Part shown: positions 48,065 to 61,947 of the stretch, piece by piece
Layout: every line of letters begins with the position of its first letter
Numbering within the stretch: the first letter of the stretch is position 1
Assembly: GCA_047967505.1 (NCBI GenBank)
Contig: CM106538.1
Direction: 5' to 3' (one strand)
DNA from: Dipteris shenzhenensis
Lineage: Eukaryota
Length of the DNA: 64,000 bases
The notes under the pieces: generated by a model
Database searches by the model: none
The model's input: only the letters and a program-made list of their open reading frames with translations
Told to the model about the DNA's origin: nothing
Program-made: the position numbers and the translations under genes

Positions 48065-48829
48065 CACGTGTCTTGCACCATGGTACCAATCCAACGTAGC
48101 ATGCCGCTCCAAGTCTCGGATCTCATTTCAACTTGGACCTATTCCTCCTGAAAGCCCAACTTGTTCATCATAACCCGGCCTCGTCCCTTGGCACCACATC
48201 GTCCGCTAGCTCGAGGCATCATCCCATCATCTTTCACCTTCTAGTCTTTAACGTAACTATAGGTCACCGTACAACCCGACCTGTGCACCAAAGCCCTATT
48301 CATCACGACGTTGTTCTGCGCCGATGTCTCTTTCTTTTGCACCTAGTTCGCTGCCTGTTCCCTTGTGACCCACCTGGCCACCTTCTCATGGCACTGAACT
48401 TGCCCGATCTCTGTGCACCTATAAACAAGTTTGCGTCCTCTTGGGCCCAAACTGTTCCACTTCGCAGCGCGCCTCGTTGCATGCGCAACCTTCCCACAGT
48501 CATGCCACGTCGTTGCGCATTGTACCTTTGTTCTTCAACTGATATATCATACTTAAGAGCTTGAACATCAACATTTGGGCTCATCTCGCCCAACGCATCG
48601 TCCGATCCTAGGCCTTGCTCGCCCACCTGCTTGCCCGGTTGCACTAGCCCACTTGGGCTCACCTTGCCCTTTTCATTCACTTGCTTTTGTTCCCTGTGGC
48701 CTTGCTCGCCGCTCTACACATGTTCCTTGTGTCTCGTCTTGCCACTTTGCTATGCATCCAAACAGCCCCGCGCGCCGTTTCCCACAAGCTCCTTGCGGCT
48801 CATCTCGCTGCCCTAACTCGGTTCCACAC

Positions 48830-49160
48830 GGCCTTGCTCGCTGCCTCTGATACCATCCACCATGCAACCCGTCTTGCTGCCCTCGTGCCCTCTAGCACAC
48901 CTTGGTCCATTCTTGCCTTTCACGACATCCATACCCTGGGACTTGATTTGATATGGACTTGGTACAACCGCACTGCTCAATCCACCTTCAATCATGCAAC
49001 CTTGCTCGCTGCCTCTAATACCATCAACCTTGCAGCCTGTCTTGCTGCCCTAGTGCCCTCCGACACACCTCAGCCCACTCTCTTGCCTGTCATGGCATCC
49101 ATAGCCTGGAACTTGATTTGATATGGCGTTGTACAACTTCACTGCCCAATCCACCTTGTT
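48830..49160. repeat. ~170-bp tandem duplication
   Basis: CCTTGCTCGCTGCCTCT(G/A)ATACCATC...ACTTGATTTGATATGG...CAATCCACCTT x2. Confidence 0.85.
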
Positions 49161-49939
49161 CCACACCGCTTTCCACACTATCATCCGAGGCACACCTGCC
49201 CGTCTTGGCCACATGCCACAACTCCCCTTGAGCCCGCTTCCTTGGTCACTTCTTTTGAGCGCTCAGCACTCCACGTTACCCGCTTCTTCACAACCTGCTT
49301 GTCGATCATCTAAGCGAGGCTGCTTTGTGCTAGACCATGACTTGGCACCTTTGCATTCTTGTCCACCACACTTGCAGCTTCCCGTTTCAGTGCAACCATT
49401 CCCTTGTACCTTGAAGCCCCACCAAAGAGGATGGCCTTGAAGCCCCACCAAAGAGGATGGCCAATCCTTGGGCTAATAGGAGCAATCAAGAAGTTCTTCT
49501 CCACATGAGTCGGATCCAAATGAGTCAGATCCATTGAGCTCTTCCTCATTTGAGGCTTCCCTTTTCGTTCACTGTCTGGATCATCTGCCGCTTCCAACTC
49601 TTCCTTCAGGTACACACCATAGACCAACTTAAATACAACAAAGAACTCACGGTGCCACCTCGTCGTTCCATCTTCTGTTTTGAACATATGAACCAACTTC
49701 TGAAGGTGGCCCATGTCCTTGTTGATCAGCACGTTCACCCAGTCTAGAGCCGTTTTCAGCATCTGCACCACCCTCCGCGTGACGGATTCATCACTTGTAT
49801 CATCTAGGAGACCTAGACCCATTCGCTTTGCCTTGGCCATGCCAAACCAGTAACTTGATCCTGGACCACCATCTCTCAAGTTTGCTGGCAACCACACAGG
49901 GTGGTAGCTCCATTCATCCACGAACTGCTCTAAACAATC

Positions 49940-51325
49940 ATGGAAAGGGGGGTAGACACATGCGCGCAAGAGGGAGGGGGGTGGGGGGCAAGGGGGGGAG
50001 GGCATGCGCGCAAAGGGGGTGAGGGGTTGCGCATGCCCGCACGGGGGAAGGGGGGGGATGTGCGCATGCACGCAAGAGGGAGGGGGTGGGGGGCGGGTGC
50101 GCATGTGCGAAGGTGGGGGGGGCAAGGGGAGAAGGGGAGGGAGGTGTGCACATGTGCAAGAGGGGGGAGGCACATGCACGCAAGGTGGGGGGGGCGAACA
50201 TGTGTGCAATAGGGTGCACATGCACGCAAGAGTTTTGGGGGGGGGAGCATGGGGGGAGGGGGGGCATGCACACAAGGTGGTGTGTGTGGGGGGGGGGGGG
50301 GGGGAGGGCATGTGTGCAAGGGGTGGGGGGTGCCCACGCATGCAAGTCGGGGGGTGCGCATGCATGCAAGAGGGCAGGGGGCCATGGGGACAAACAAGCG
50401 GGGGGGAGGGTACCCATGTACGCAAGAGGGAGGGGGGTGGGGGGGTGGCACACGCGCATGGAGGAGGGGGATGCGAGGTGCACATGCATGCAGGGGGGGG
50501 CATGGGGACAAGGGGGGGTGTGGGTGCGCATGCATGTAAGGTGGGGGAGGGGCATATGTGCAAGGGGGGGTGCGCACAAGTGCAAGAGTGGGGGCGCATC
50601 CTTGCAAGGTGGGGGGCATGGGGAGAATGGGGGAGGGGTGCGCATGCACGCAAGGTGGGGGGCATGTGTGCAAGGGGGAGGGGGGTGCGCATGTGCACAG
50701 GGAGGGGGCTTCGCATGCACGCACGGAGGAGGGGGGTGTGCCTACACACAAGGGTGGGGGTGCACATGTGCGCAAGGGGGGGGGCATGCATGCAGGGGGG
50801 CGTACTCGCTCAAAGTGGGGGGAGCATGTGTACAAGGGGGGGTGGGTGTGCATGTGTGCAAGAGGGGGGGTTGTGCATGCGTGCATGGAGGAGGGGGTGC
50901 GCACACATGTAAGAGGGGAGTGCGCATGCGCACAAGACTTGGGGGGCGGGGGAGGGACGGGGAGAAGAGGGGGGGTGCGCACAAGGAGGGTGGAATGGGG
51001 ATAGGGGGGGGAGATGAGTGCAAGGGGGCGAGGTGCGCGTGCGCACAAGGTGGGTGGGTGGGGGTACACATGCGTGCAAGAGGTGGGGAGGGATGCATGT
51101 ACACACACATGCAATAGGGGGGTTTGGGGGGGGCATGTGTGCCACGGGGTTTCGCATGCGTGCAAGGAGGGGGGGCATGGGGGAGGCAGACTGGGACAAG
51201 GGGAGGGGGGTGCATATGCATGCAAGGGGGGACGGGTGGGGGAGGTTGCATATGTGCTCAAGGGGGAGGGGGGGGTGGGGACAAAGGGGGGGGTGCATAC
51301 GTGCAAGGAAGGGGGGGCACGCAAG
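49940..51325 (+). repeat. G-rich degenerate satellite (~20-30-bp unit: G-run + TGCGCATGCACGCAA-like core)
   Basis: Dozens of G4-G10 runs alternating with purine/pyrimidine cores (GCATGC, TGCGCA, TGCACA); extreme G/C strand skew. Confidence 0.92.
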
Positions 51326-52317
51326 CTCAGGCATGGAAGAGCAAGGAATGGTGTCCGAGGTCAAGGGAAAATGGATGTTCGAGATAAGTAGGTTACAAAA
51401 AACCGATGCTCTCACATGAAGAGGATGTCGTGCCATTGCAGCGGTTCAAGAATCGTCTCGATCCAAGTTCATATGCAAAAGTTATGACCTCTCAAAGTCG
51501 AGGGTTTGGGCGATGCACGGGAGGTCAGGTGTGCCGGAGGGGTGTCTGGGCTGACGCAAGAGTTCAAGGCATGCCGAGGAAGTGCGATCAAGAGGGGATG
51601 GCGATGCGTCGGAGGTCGGGATGGGGGCAAATCGGGAGAAGGCGAGGTGGAGGGTGATGTGGGGTGTGTTTGGCAGCAATGTGATTGGGGACGACATAGA
51701 TACACGAGGGCAAGGTTGGGGGCGATGCGAGGAGAGGGGCGCATCAAGCAATGGTGCATGTAGCACCGGAGGCAGGGTGGGCGATGGTGTAGTTGAGCAT
51801 GGCACAAGGGGTGGGGCAACCGCGCTGCAGGGACATCGAAGATAGGCACGATTGAGGGTGATGCGAGTGGCACGGGTGATAGAGCAGGAACGTTGGCGAC
51901 GATGCAGGTGACATGGTGGGGCATGGGCGAAGTCGGGGCGACATGAGTAGCACGGGCTGCATCCAACAATAAGAGAGGGGTGAGGCATGTCAGGCTATAG
52001 TAGCGAGACCAGGGAGGATGCAGGGTAGGGGCGTGATGGGCGTACGAGGGCTTGGGCAATCGGGTGACGCAAGTGGTATAGCGCTATGCACAGAGGCGAG
52101 GCCGAGGCAACAAGGGGAACGGTGCATCGACAAGGGATGGGGTGGGTCACACAAGCACTGAGGGAGGGGTGCTAGGCAGGACTCTATGATGTGCGGAGGG
52201 GGGGTGTGTCGAGCAACGGTGAGGCCGAAGGCGGTGCGAGTGGCACAGCAAGCAGGCATGGGTGATGCAAGCGGCAGGGGCACAATGCGTCGAGTTATCA
52301 AGGGTGAGGGGGGGTAG

Positions 52318-53039
52318 TGTAAGAAAATAATACAACGTCTGTGCTCAATAGATAACAGGATCTCGTACGCAAGAGAGAAAAACAGATAGTATGGAGAATC
52401 AAATATTTTATATTACTGTAGAACTGATACAATAGATGGCGCTGCCTCCCAACCGTGTGCTCCTGTGAAAGAAGCTTCGATGGCAAGCTGGAAACAGTAG
52501 AGGACAGAGGCTGGATGCTAAGGAATCAAGGTTGCTGTAGCCAATGATAAAACGGGCTTCACGGGCTTGCTCTTATATAGCCACCAGTCGTAGTCAGTTA
52601 GACCCAATTAGGTAACCGACCCAGTCTGCCCAAAATGGTCGACTAGGGGTCGGTCCTGAAATAGGCCACCGACCACACGATAGAATTGGTGCACAAAATA
52701 GAGCAACTAACCGACGACGTTCGGCCCACAGCCATCCGGGATCATCTGGGACTCCAAACGGGCCTTGCAACCCGAGAGTGGGGGCTACCTCGAGAAAAGC
52801 TCTATCTACCCTCAATGCGGTCAGTCATGAGATGCCTTCCCGCACTTGCATGTAGCCTAGTTGACAGTGTGCCAACTTCGTCCAGCCATCAGGCCACACA
52901 TGGGCCCCATCTGGTGTTCAAACTAGGACCTACCGGATAACCGAGCTACTCAAATGCCTTCTCCTCATATGGGGGGCTTACAAGTAGAGTTAGCTGGTTC
53001 CCACATAGTTACACAAGAGTGGAGCATTGATATCTAACA
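52318..53039 (-). repeat. 3' LTR of copia C (722 bp)
   Basis: TGTAAGA...TCTAACA; left flank GGTAG; followed by C8-TCAA (PPT on -). Confidence 0.92.
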
Positions 53040-56000
53040 CCCCCCCTCAATGTCCACCAGCAAGTGAACTTACTTTTTTGGTCCAATGCCAAGTTGATGA
53101 AGATGCCTCTCTAGCAAGTCTCTTCCAAGAGCCTTCATGAAGATGTCCGCAGCATTCTCTGTAGTCAAACAGTACACCAAGTCGACCTCTCCATCCATGA
53201 TGAGCTCGCGTACAAAGTGATATTGAATCTCAATGTCTTTTGTGTGAGCGTGGAACACAGGGTTCTTTGCAATCGCCATGCAACTCTGATTGTCACATGA
53301 TAACTGCGTAGGCTTGTTCTGCACTACATCCATGTCCCCTAAAATCCTTCTCAACCACACTGCCTCGCAAGAAGCAAAGCATGTGATTTGTACTCGGCCT
53401 CGGTAGAAGAAAGAGCAACTGTGGGTTGCTTCCGACTGACCCATGACATAGCTCCAGATCCAAGTGAGAAACAATAGCCTGTCACTGATCTCCTGCTGTC
53501 CACGTCTCCTGCCCAATCCGAGTCACAGAATCCGGTCAAGATGTTGCCCTTGGTATAGGTGATGTCATAATCAAGTGTGCCTTTGATGTATTTCAGCACC
53601 CACATCCCTGCCCTCCAATGGTTCTCCCGGGGCTTATTGGAAAACCTGCTTAGTACACCAGTCGCAAAACTGATGTCCGGCCGTGTGTTGCACAAGTAAA
53701 TCAAGCTGCCCACAAGTCTTCTATACTTCGCTTCATCCACTGGTGGTGAAGAATCCTCGTTTGAGAGCTTCACGTCAACCTCCATAAGGGTACCAACTAT
53801 CTTGCACTCAGCCATGTCAAATGCCTTCAGTGTCTCTCCAGCATACTTCAGCTGTGAAATGAAGATCTGTTTCGGCTCCTAACAAACTTCAATCCCCAAA
53901 CAGAAGTGCATCAGTCCGAGGTCTGTCATTTCAAACTCTCTTCCTAGCAAATGTTTCGTCTGCGAGATCTTCTCTTCATGGTTCCCTGTTATGACAAGGT
54001 CGTCCACATAAAGGACCACGATCATACATCTGCCTCCTTCTCTGAAGATATACAAATTTGCATCTGATGGGCTCCTCCTGAACCCGTTTTGTAGAAAGTA
54101 GGCATCAATTCACTGGTACCACGCTCGTGGGGACTGTTTCAGCCTGTAAAGTGCCTTCTTCAGTTTACAGACTTTACCTTCTGAACCGGGGATCATAAAA
54201 CCTGGTGGTTGTTCCACGTATACCTCCTCCTTGAGATCCCCATTCAGAAAGGTGGATTTTACATCCATCTAAAACACGGGCCAACTTCCCTGGGCAGCTA
54301 AAGCCAAAACACTGCGAATTGTGGTTAGTCGAGCTGTGGGAGCAAAAGTATCCTGATAATCAAAACCATATACCTGTGCGAATCCTTTTGCCACAAGCCG
54401 AGCCTTGTACTTATCCAACGTGCCATCGGACTTGTACTTGGTTTTGTACACCCACTTGGTGCCCATTACCTTATGTTTTGGTGGTCAATCCACAAGGTTC
54501 CATGTGTTGTTCTTCATTATGGAGCCATACTCTGACTGCATAGCCTCCATCCACCTATCATCACCTTGTGCCTCTTCAAGACACTTGGGTTCATTAGCAC
54601 GGATCAGCTCTGTCATCAATGCGTAGTTGACCAAGTGTTCTTGCGCCCTTCTTTGCTCCTCTAATCTCTTGGACCGGCGGTGTTCGGATGGTTCCTCCTC
54701 AATGGCTGGAGGTTCTCTGCCATCCAAAAGCTGCTTTACCCACTTCGGGAATGGCCGTTGCCATTGTGGTTCTACAGGCTCTTCTTCATCTTCTTTATCT
54801 TGAATCCTCCCAAGCACCGTTGGGGGAGTTCGGTCTACTGTTGGTGGTGGTACTTGATGGATATCCTGGTCCTGGTTGTCTGGGAAGGAACCATCCTCCT
54901 CCAATTGATGCGGCTATTCTGAGAAGACCACATCACGACTTACTATTACCTTCTTGGTAATAGGGTTATAGAGACGATAACCCTTCGCCTCTTCACTGTA
55001 GCCCAAGAAAATACACTTTCGGCTCTTCGGTTCCCATTTGGTTCTGGTAGCATCAGGGACATGCACAAAACAGTCACATCCAAAAACTCTGAAATCTGCA
55101 GCTGAAGGTTTCTTACCAAAAAAGGCTTGCAGTGGAGTCATCCCATTCACAGCCTTCGTGTAGCTATGATTTAGAATGTAAACTGCAGTGTTACATGCTT
55201 TAGCCTAGAAAGTCTTTGGCAAATCTTTCCCTTTCATCATACTCCTGCCCATTTCACAGATGACGCGCATCTTGCATTTTGCTACTCCATTTTGCTGTGA
55301 TGTATGTGGCGGGGTTTCTGCCTCTTGATCCCATGACTTTTCCAGTAACTTTCGAATTTAGTTGATGTAAACTCTCCACCTCTATCTGATCTCAATTTCT
55401 CCCTGATTCTTTCTCGACCATTACATGCCATTCCTTGAACCTACTAAAAGCCTCGTCTTTAGTCTTCAAGAAGTATATCCATATCCTTCTACTGTAGTCA
55501 TCGATCAATGTCATGAAGTAGTAGGAACCACCCAAAGCTTCTGTCTCCATCTTTCCGCAGAGGTCCGTGTGAACGAGCTCTAAAGAAGCCTTTGCCCTGC
55601 TTGCCTCTTTAGGAAAGGGATGCCGATGCTGCTTGCCCATCATGCAAGCTTCACATACATCAGGCAAATCTGAAATTTCTGATAGGTCTGCAATCATTCC
55701 ACTTTTATGCATCTCCTTCAAAGAACTAAGGTTTAGATGACCAAACCTCTCATGCCACAGCTTAGTGTTCTTCATATCGGCTCGAGCACTAAAAGTTGAG
55801 AGTTCATAACTATTGTTGCACCGTGTACCTTTACCAATGACCTTCCCTTGAAGATCCAGAATCTGTGCACCATTCTTATCGAATTGAACTTTGAGGTCCC
55901 GATCCATAATCGTAGAAATGGACAACAAGTTCCTCTTGATATCTGGCACATAAAGAACATTGGACAACTGTTTTACGACTCCATCTGACTTAAGAGCAAT

Positions 56001-56870
56001 CGTACCTTTTCCTTTTGCTGGACATTTTGCATCATTGCCGACTGCTACCAGGATATCATTCCCTATCGACTATAGAGAGGTATACCAATCCTTCCGACTG
56101 GTCATGTGGCATGATGCACCACTGTTAATAATCCAAGGTTCATCCGCAGGTACATGAACTGCCTCCGTGCAAATCTCCTCAATTGCTACGAATAGCTCTA
56201 CTGGTATTGCCTGCGCACTGTTGCTAAACTCTCTCTTTACTTCGTTCTTCTCATCTGCAATCTTCTTCTAACACTCATTCTGCTTGTGCCTAACCTTGTT
56301 GCAATAGAAGCACTTGATCTTCTTCTTTCTCTTTTTATTATCAGAAGAAGATGGGTTACTAGAGTCCTTACCCTTACCTTTCTTTGATCCGGTCCAGAAA
56401 GCCGACAGTCCTCGTCTTTTGATCTCCTCCTCCAAAAGCATCGCGCTGAAATCCTCAAAGTTGAGGGGAGGATTTCTGTTCTGCGTATTCAACGTCGTAA
56501 CACGACCATCGTACTTTGGTGGGAGAATCCGTATGTACCTTCGTGCTAGATTCTCGCTGGTGATGGTGATGCCAATCGTAGTCATCTGCTGATCACACAG
56601 ATTCTTCACCCTGGTGATGAACTTCTCTACCGCTTCAAACTCAGACAATTTTTCATTCGCGAGTTGAGTCTCCAGATTCTAAATCCGCGTTTGATTCGTG
56701 GTCTTATACTGATTTTTCAAGACCATCCATGCCTCCTCTGCCGTGGTGACATGTTGAATTAACGCCATGAAGGAATCACTCACACTGCAGACAATGGCAT
56801 CTCTCACAATTTGCTCGCAAACAGAAACACACTACCAAATCTTCTTGCTAGAGCCCAAGCTCTGATACCA

Positions 56871-57174
56871 TGTAAGAAAATAATACAATGTCTGTGCTCA
56901 ACAGATAAAAGGAACTCGTACGCAAGAGAGAAAAATAGATAGTATGGAGAATCAAAAATTTGATTACTATAGAACTAATATAATAGATGGCGCTACCTCC
57001 CAACCGTGCACTCCTATGAAAGAAGCTTCGATGGCAAGCTGGAAACAGTAGAGGACGGAGGCTGGATGCTAAGGAATCAGGGTTGCTGTAGCCAGTGATA
57101 AAGTGGGCTTCATGGGCTTGCTCTTATATAGCCACCAGTCATAGTTGGTTAGACCCAATTGGGTGACTGACCCA
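56871..57174 (-). repeat. Truncated 5' LTR of copia C
   Basis: About 90% identical by eye to 52318-52623, then homology stops abruptly. Confidence 0.92.
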
Positions 57175-57254
57175 AGGAATCAGGTTTTCTTGGGACAATT
57201 ATTGCTCCAACCTTACAATTTTTTCAGAGCCTCATTACGACAATCTATGTATGT

Positions 57255-57478
57255 GTCTGAGTTGCATAGCCTTTTACTTTGATCCTTTTCTTTTGTCACT
57301 CTTTTGTTATTGGAGAAACTTTGAGCCTAGGGGTGTGACATATTGAGGTCTACGAATATTTAAGAAAAAACAATTTTGTGTTAAGGGACTGGGATTGAAC
57401 CCACACACATGCGCACAACTAGCGGAGCGAAAGAGAGATGCATTGTCATGACCGAGCAGTGGTGAGAGATAGAGAGAG

Positions 57479-57516
<38 letters not shown>

Positions 57517-60500
57517 CTGGGGGATACCTGTTGAGTGAGAGAAGGGGATACATGGAAAGAGAGAGGGGGCTTGGGATGAGATGAGGCTGCAGATGGAGGA
57601 ATGATAGAGCCCAGAAATGAGGTTGGAGGCTTACATAGCCCAACCTTGGATACACCACCAGCATGGAGGTGTGATTCACAGTAGGAATTGCGTATAGACT
57701 TGCAATGCCAATGCTTTTCCAATCTGCATGCAACTTGGACACTTATTAAATTATGCAACTGGCTGAGCCTAGTAGCGACTCTCCTTGCCACCACCCACAT
57801 TTCATAAGCTCGAGGAGCAGAGGGAAGTTGAAAAACAATGGCGGCGACAAATGCGAGAATGAATGTGAGTGTTGACATGCCTGCTTATTATACTGTGGGG
57901 TTGGCCTCCTTGCAACTGCCTAGATCTCTTGTAGCAACCCTCATGGCAGCGCTCTACACCTTCTCCCTCTTTTTAACCTCCAGTTGGGGATGGGCACCCG
58001 ATATCGAACCTCGACTGTTTGCCAATGTGACAACAACTTTCTTGCCATTGCTCCAAGTTTCTAGGAGTATTAGGCATGTCATGGAAGTAGAGATCTTGTG
58101 ACGGCACATCTTTAAAATTTTGCAATTGAACTCATCAGTTTGACACCCTACTTATATCGAAGTGCTGCAAGCATCCAGTGTTCCCACAGGTATGGTCTAT
58201 GATCTCATCGTCAGTGATCAAAGCATGAAGGAATTGAACCCTCTTGAAATATGGCAGAAATGTTGCCACCTTGAACCACATTACAAACTATTGAACCAGC
58301 CTTACAACAACAAATCGTCGAGTCTCAAGTGAGTTGGAGTTTTTGGAAACTCTCCTTGGAAGGCAAACACACGCTGTTTGTTCCAGGATTGGCTCCCAAG
58401 CACAAGCAATTGTGCTTCCTACACCACAAGAGTATGTTCAAAATGCTCATCATTGGCCTACAAGCTGTTGGCAACGTGTTGCGCATCGTGGAAATATGGA
58501 TGCCACAACATCAGGACTTCAGTTCTATGGAAGCCATCACCGCATATGTGAGCATTTTGATGATCATCTTTGTGACCCTGAATTGGTTTGGATGCAGTCA
58601 CTATCAAAGCCCTCTACTAATCGACACAAATCCTACCCAATTCTCACACTAGATTTCCTCCCAAAGACCCAATGTTCCTCAGCCTTCAGAGAGGATATCA
58701 TTGTGTTATTGCATTGGGTTCTATTGCTGCTATCTTCAGTGCCCACGCTCTACTATGGTATGTACTACATGATGATTGGAAAGCACCGGTGCACCCTATG
58801 TTTCCTGGCAGCTCTCCTCTTATAGCTTGGGCAAAACTTATTGTTGGTAGCTACACTCACATTGGAAGAAGTTTTGGATGTGTCTCAATGTTGGTGTCTC
58901 GGCTGCCCTAGTTTTGTTAATGGGTCCGTTGTTCGTTATGAGAAGCATCATTATTGCTGTGATAGGAATGATCATGGGATGGCACAATTTTAATGAAGCA
59001 TCCACATCCTCCTCTAAGTGGATCATACCCCATGTATTAGCATGATACCACTCTAGTTGTCAACGCCATCAGGCTCCTCTTTCAATTTTAAAGATCTATT
59101 ACTTCACCCCAACTTTAAAGGAAGTGCTTCCATCCAATTGTGCGCTTTATGTTAGAAAGCACTTGTAGTAGACCACTAATGAGTGAGTTTCTAGTTATGT
59201 AGCTTGAGCACAACTTGCTCTTGTGGGTATGTAGCTTGAGCACATAAAAAGCATTCACTTTGGTACATCCACATCCAATTCAAGCTCACTTTGACCCTCT
59301 TATAAATTTAAGATATTTTTACACACATGTAAAGGGTGTCTTATCACATTTTGCCTAATTTAATGGCTAAAACCATAAAGGATAGATTATGAATGAAAGC
59401 ATTCAAGTGTAATAACATATTCATTGTTAAGGCAAGTTTACATCCAACTACTCTAGCAAATATAGTTACCTCTATCCGGCAGTATGGACAGGAAGATGAC
59501 AGAATGAAAAAATGGTATTTCTAATAAATTATAGTCCTTCCACTCCTTCATTAGGCGGCATAAACATCCCTACTCACTTTCATTGAAATGTCCAAACTCC
59601 ACCTATCTCAAGAAGTAGAAAGAGCAATATAAGTATGAGATTGAAAGGTAGAGATCTCGACGAGAGATAAACTTGTAAGAATCACTGGGAGGCTGCTGTT
59701 AGCCAGACCATAGAGCAAACACTTTGTTAATGTGTAGAGATAGATTTTTTATCCAAGGATCTTTGTTGTGTTTGCATCTGCTCATCTTTTATTAGAGCTT
59801 CTCCTTTGTGTTCTAGTTGCCCACCTTGCTATATATATAAGTATATATATATATATACAAAACACTGAAGAGGCACATAAGTCTCTATTTTGCTAATATC
59901 TTGGTTCAATGAATAGCTCTATTTGTTAAGGTAATACATGCCATGGCAATGTCCATGGATGTTTGAAGCATGAATGGTGGGACTAAGACACGAGCAATGC
60001 TTGAGTTTTGAGTCAAGTTAGACTTTTGTCAAGCTGCTTAGGGTATTTTCCATGTTGGGTATTGCTTATAATGCTCTCTTTGCTACCATTTTTCCACACT
60101 TTCATAGGTATTTTCCATGTTGGGTATTGCTTATAATGCTCTCTTTGCTACCATTTTTCCACACTTTCATAGCTGTGGATTCTGAAATCGTTGCTTCCAC
60201 GACGGGTGCACACATCCTCTTCTAGTTCCTACACAAGATTATGGAGTCATTGCTAGCTTTGAGGGAGCCAATGGAGCCATGGATGATTATTGTGGCATAA
60301 TCCAAGATATTATTAATGGTCTTCCCTCTCTCCCACAACAACCCTCTACCAATAGACCTCCCAAAATGGTGCTCAAATTTTTGTCCTTCCTAGATTATGG
60401 GAATTGCCACAAAGATTTGGATACCCATTTCTACACATAGGGCACATTTTTTGGTTGAGAGTGCTCATACTTTGGTGCATGCGTTTATTTGCAACACCTA

Positions 60501-60736
60501 TGTACTTCATTGAAGGATCTTTTTGTCATAGTTTGTCTCTTTTTCCTTGTCATTTTACCACGGTCTCACTTCTACCTCCTCATTTCAATTATATAATGAG
60601 CTAAAATTTCTCCCGATTGTTATTCATGGGGATCACTTTTGTCCTCCCCCTTTCCAATGTTATCCATTAACTTAAATCATTTCTATAATTGTACTCATTT
60701 GTGCATATCCACACAATAACAAGATTTAATTAAAGC

Positions 60737-60790
<54 letters not shown>

Positions 60791-61947
60791 GCTTATCTAA
60801 TACTTTCAAAGAATAGAGAATATCTTTATATGTATAAAAGGTTATATAGAAGAATGATGTAACAAAGGCTTCATGGGATAACACTCAAAAAATATTCAAG
60901 AGCTTAGAAGTAGCCTATTTTATTGTTTGCATATTATATTGTCTCTTACATACGACATATATGCTCAACATAATTCAAGAACTTAGAAGTAGCACATATG
61001 CTCAACATTTGCTATCACTATTTAACTTCTATATTGTATCTTATATATTAATAAATAATTTTATGTCATCATTAGGGAAATTTTTAACTCAATAAGGGCC
61101 TCACAAAGAGTGGATTAGCAAAATGGATTATGAAAAAACAAGGCCTATAGAGGGTCTAATCACCCCCATATGAGTCCAAATTTCAAAAAGGTATCCTACC
61201 TGTACTAATTCAAAATCTTTGTTCCTTTGATTTTCGGTCCAAGAATCTATTTTTGAATTCCTCTGATCACTTCACTAGAAGGTTACTATTGCAAGAAAGC
61301 ACCTTTCATATTGAAGTTGCACCAGAGTATACTATGACTCGTCAAGGCACAATGAAGCTTAGATCAAGGTCCCTCAAGGAGCCCTCAAACAACAACGTGC
61401 TACATTAACTAGGAGACTATAGAAAATAAAAAAGAACCCCTTGTGGTTACAAGCATAGGAACAAGGTTGTGGAAACCAATTTAGAGCTCAGCATATGATG
61501 GTGGAGCAAGGAAGCATAGGGTGCAAGCTACACCATATGTATCTTTGGACTATTTTTACTTATGAAGCATTACTTACAATCATGTAGTTGTGTATTTTTC
61601 TAATGTCATATTTTTTATAGGACTTTTATGAATAGTGCATAAGAGAGAATTTATTTCCATTCTTAGGGATCCCTGTTGGCATGTAGTACAACATGCACTA
61701 TTGTAAGAGGTTGCAGCTAATTTAGGGAATATTGTGGACCCATCAAAAGTTGTCTGTGCATGTGATGCTACTAGCATTAGTAGGCAAGAGTACTTAGTTG
61801 TGTATAATGTTTTGTAAATGCATTTTGAGGTCAAGGTGTAAAGAATCCTTTATTACTGAGACTAATACATGTTAGAAATGCAAGGGAAATTTTATATTCT
61901 ATTGTCGAATATCTATGGGGTGGACTTATACACATTTAAAAAAGCAT
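57255..61947 (-). repeat. 4.66-kb inverted duplication, arm 2
   Basis: Reverse complement of 21832-26494; ORF pairs 23151-23351/60404-60604, 24766-25425/58334-58825 and 25962-26441/57381-57878. Confidence 0.95.

Larger units (their letters stand above)
52318..57174 (-). mobile_element. Copia C, near full length, decayed, 5' LTR truncated
   Basis: 3' LTR 52318-53039, PPT 53040-53050, RNaseH/RT/INT/protease/gag remnants (CFYCNKVRHKQNEC; LWHERFGH; KYKARLVAKGF), PBS 56859-56870, partial 5' LTR 56871-57174. Confidence 0.95.

Noticed and set aside
48845-48856. PBS-like CTCTGATACCA
   Set aside because: Not followed by a TG LTR start; it lies within a 170-bp tandem repeat whose second copy is mutated.
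49930-51436. Long Pro-rich or Gly-rich ORFs (extensin-like)
   Set aside because: Open in nearly all frames because the G/C-rich satellite lacks stop codons; no signal peptide or regular SPPPP periodicity.
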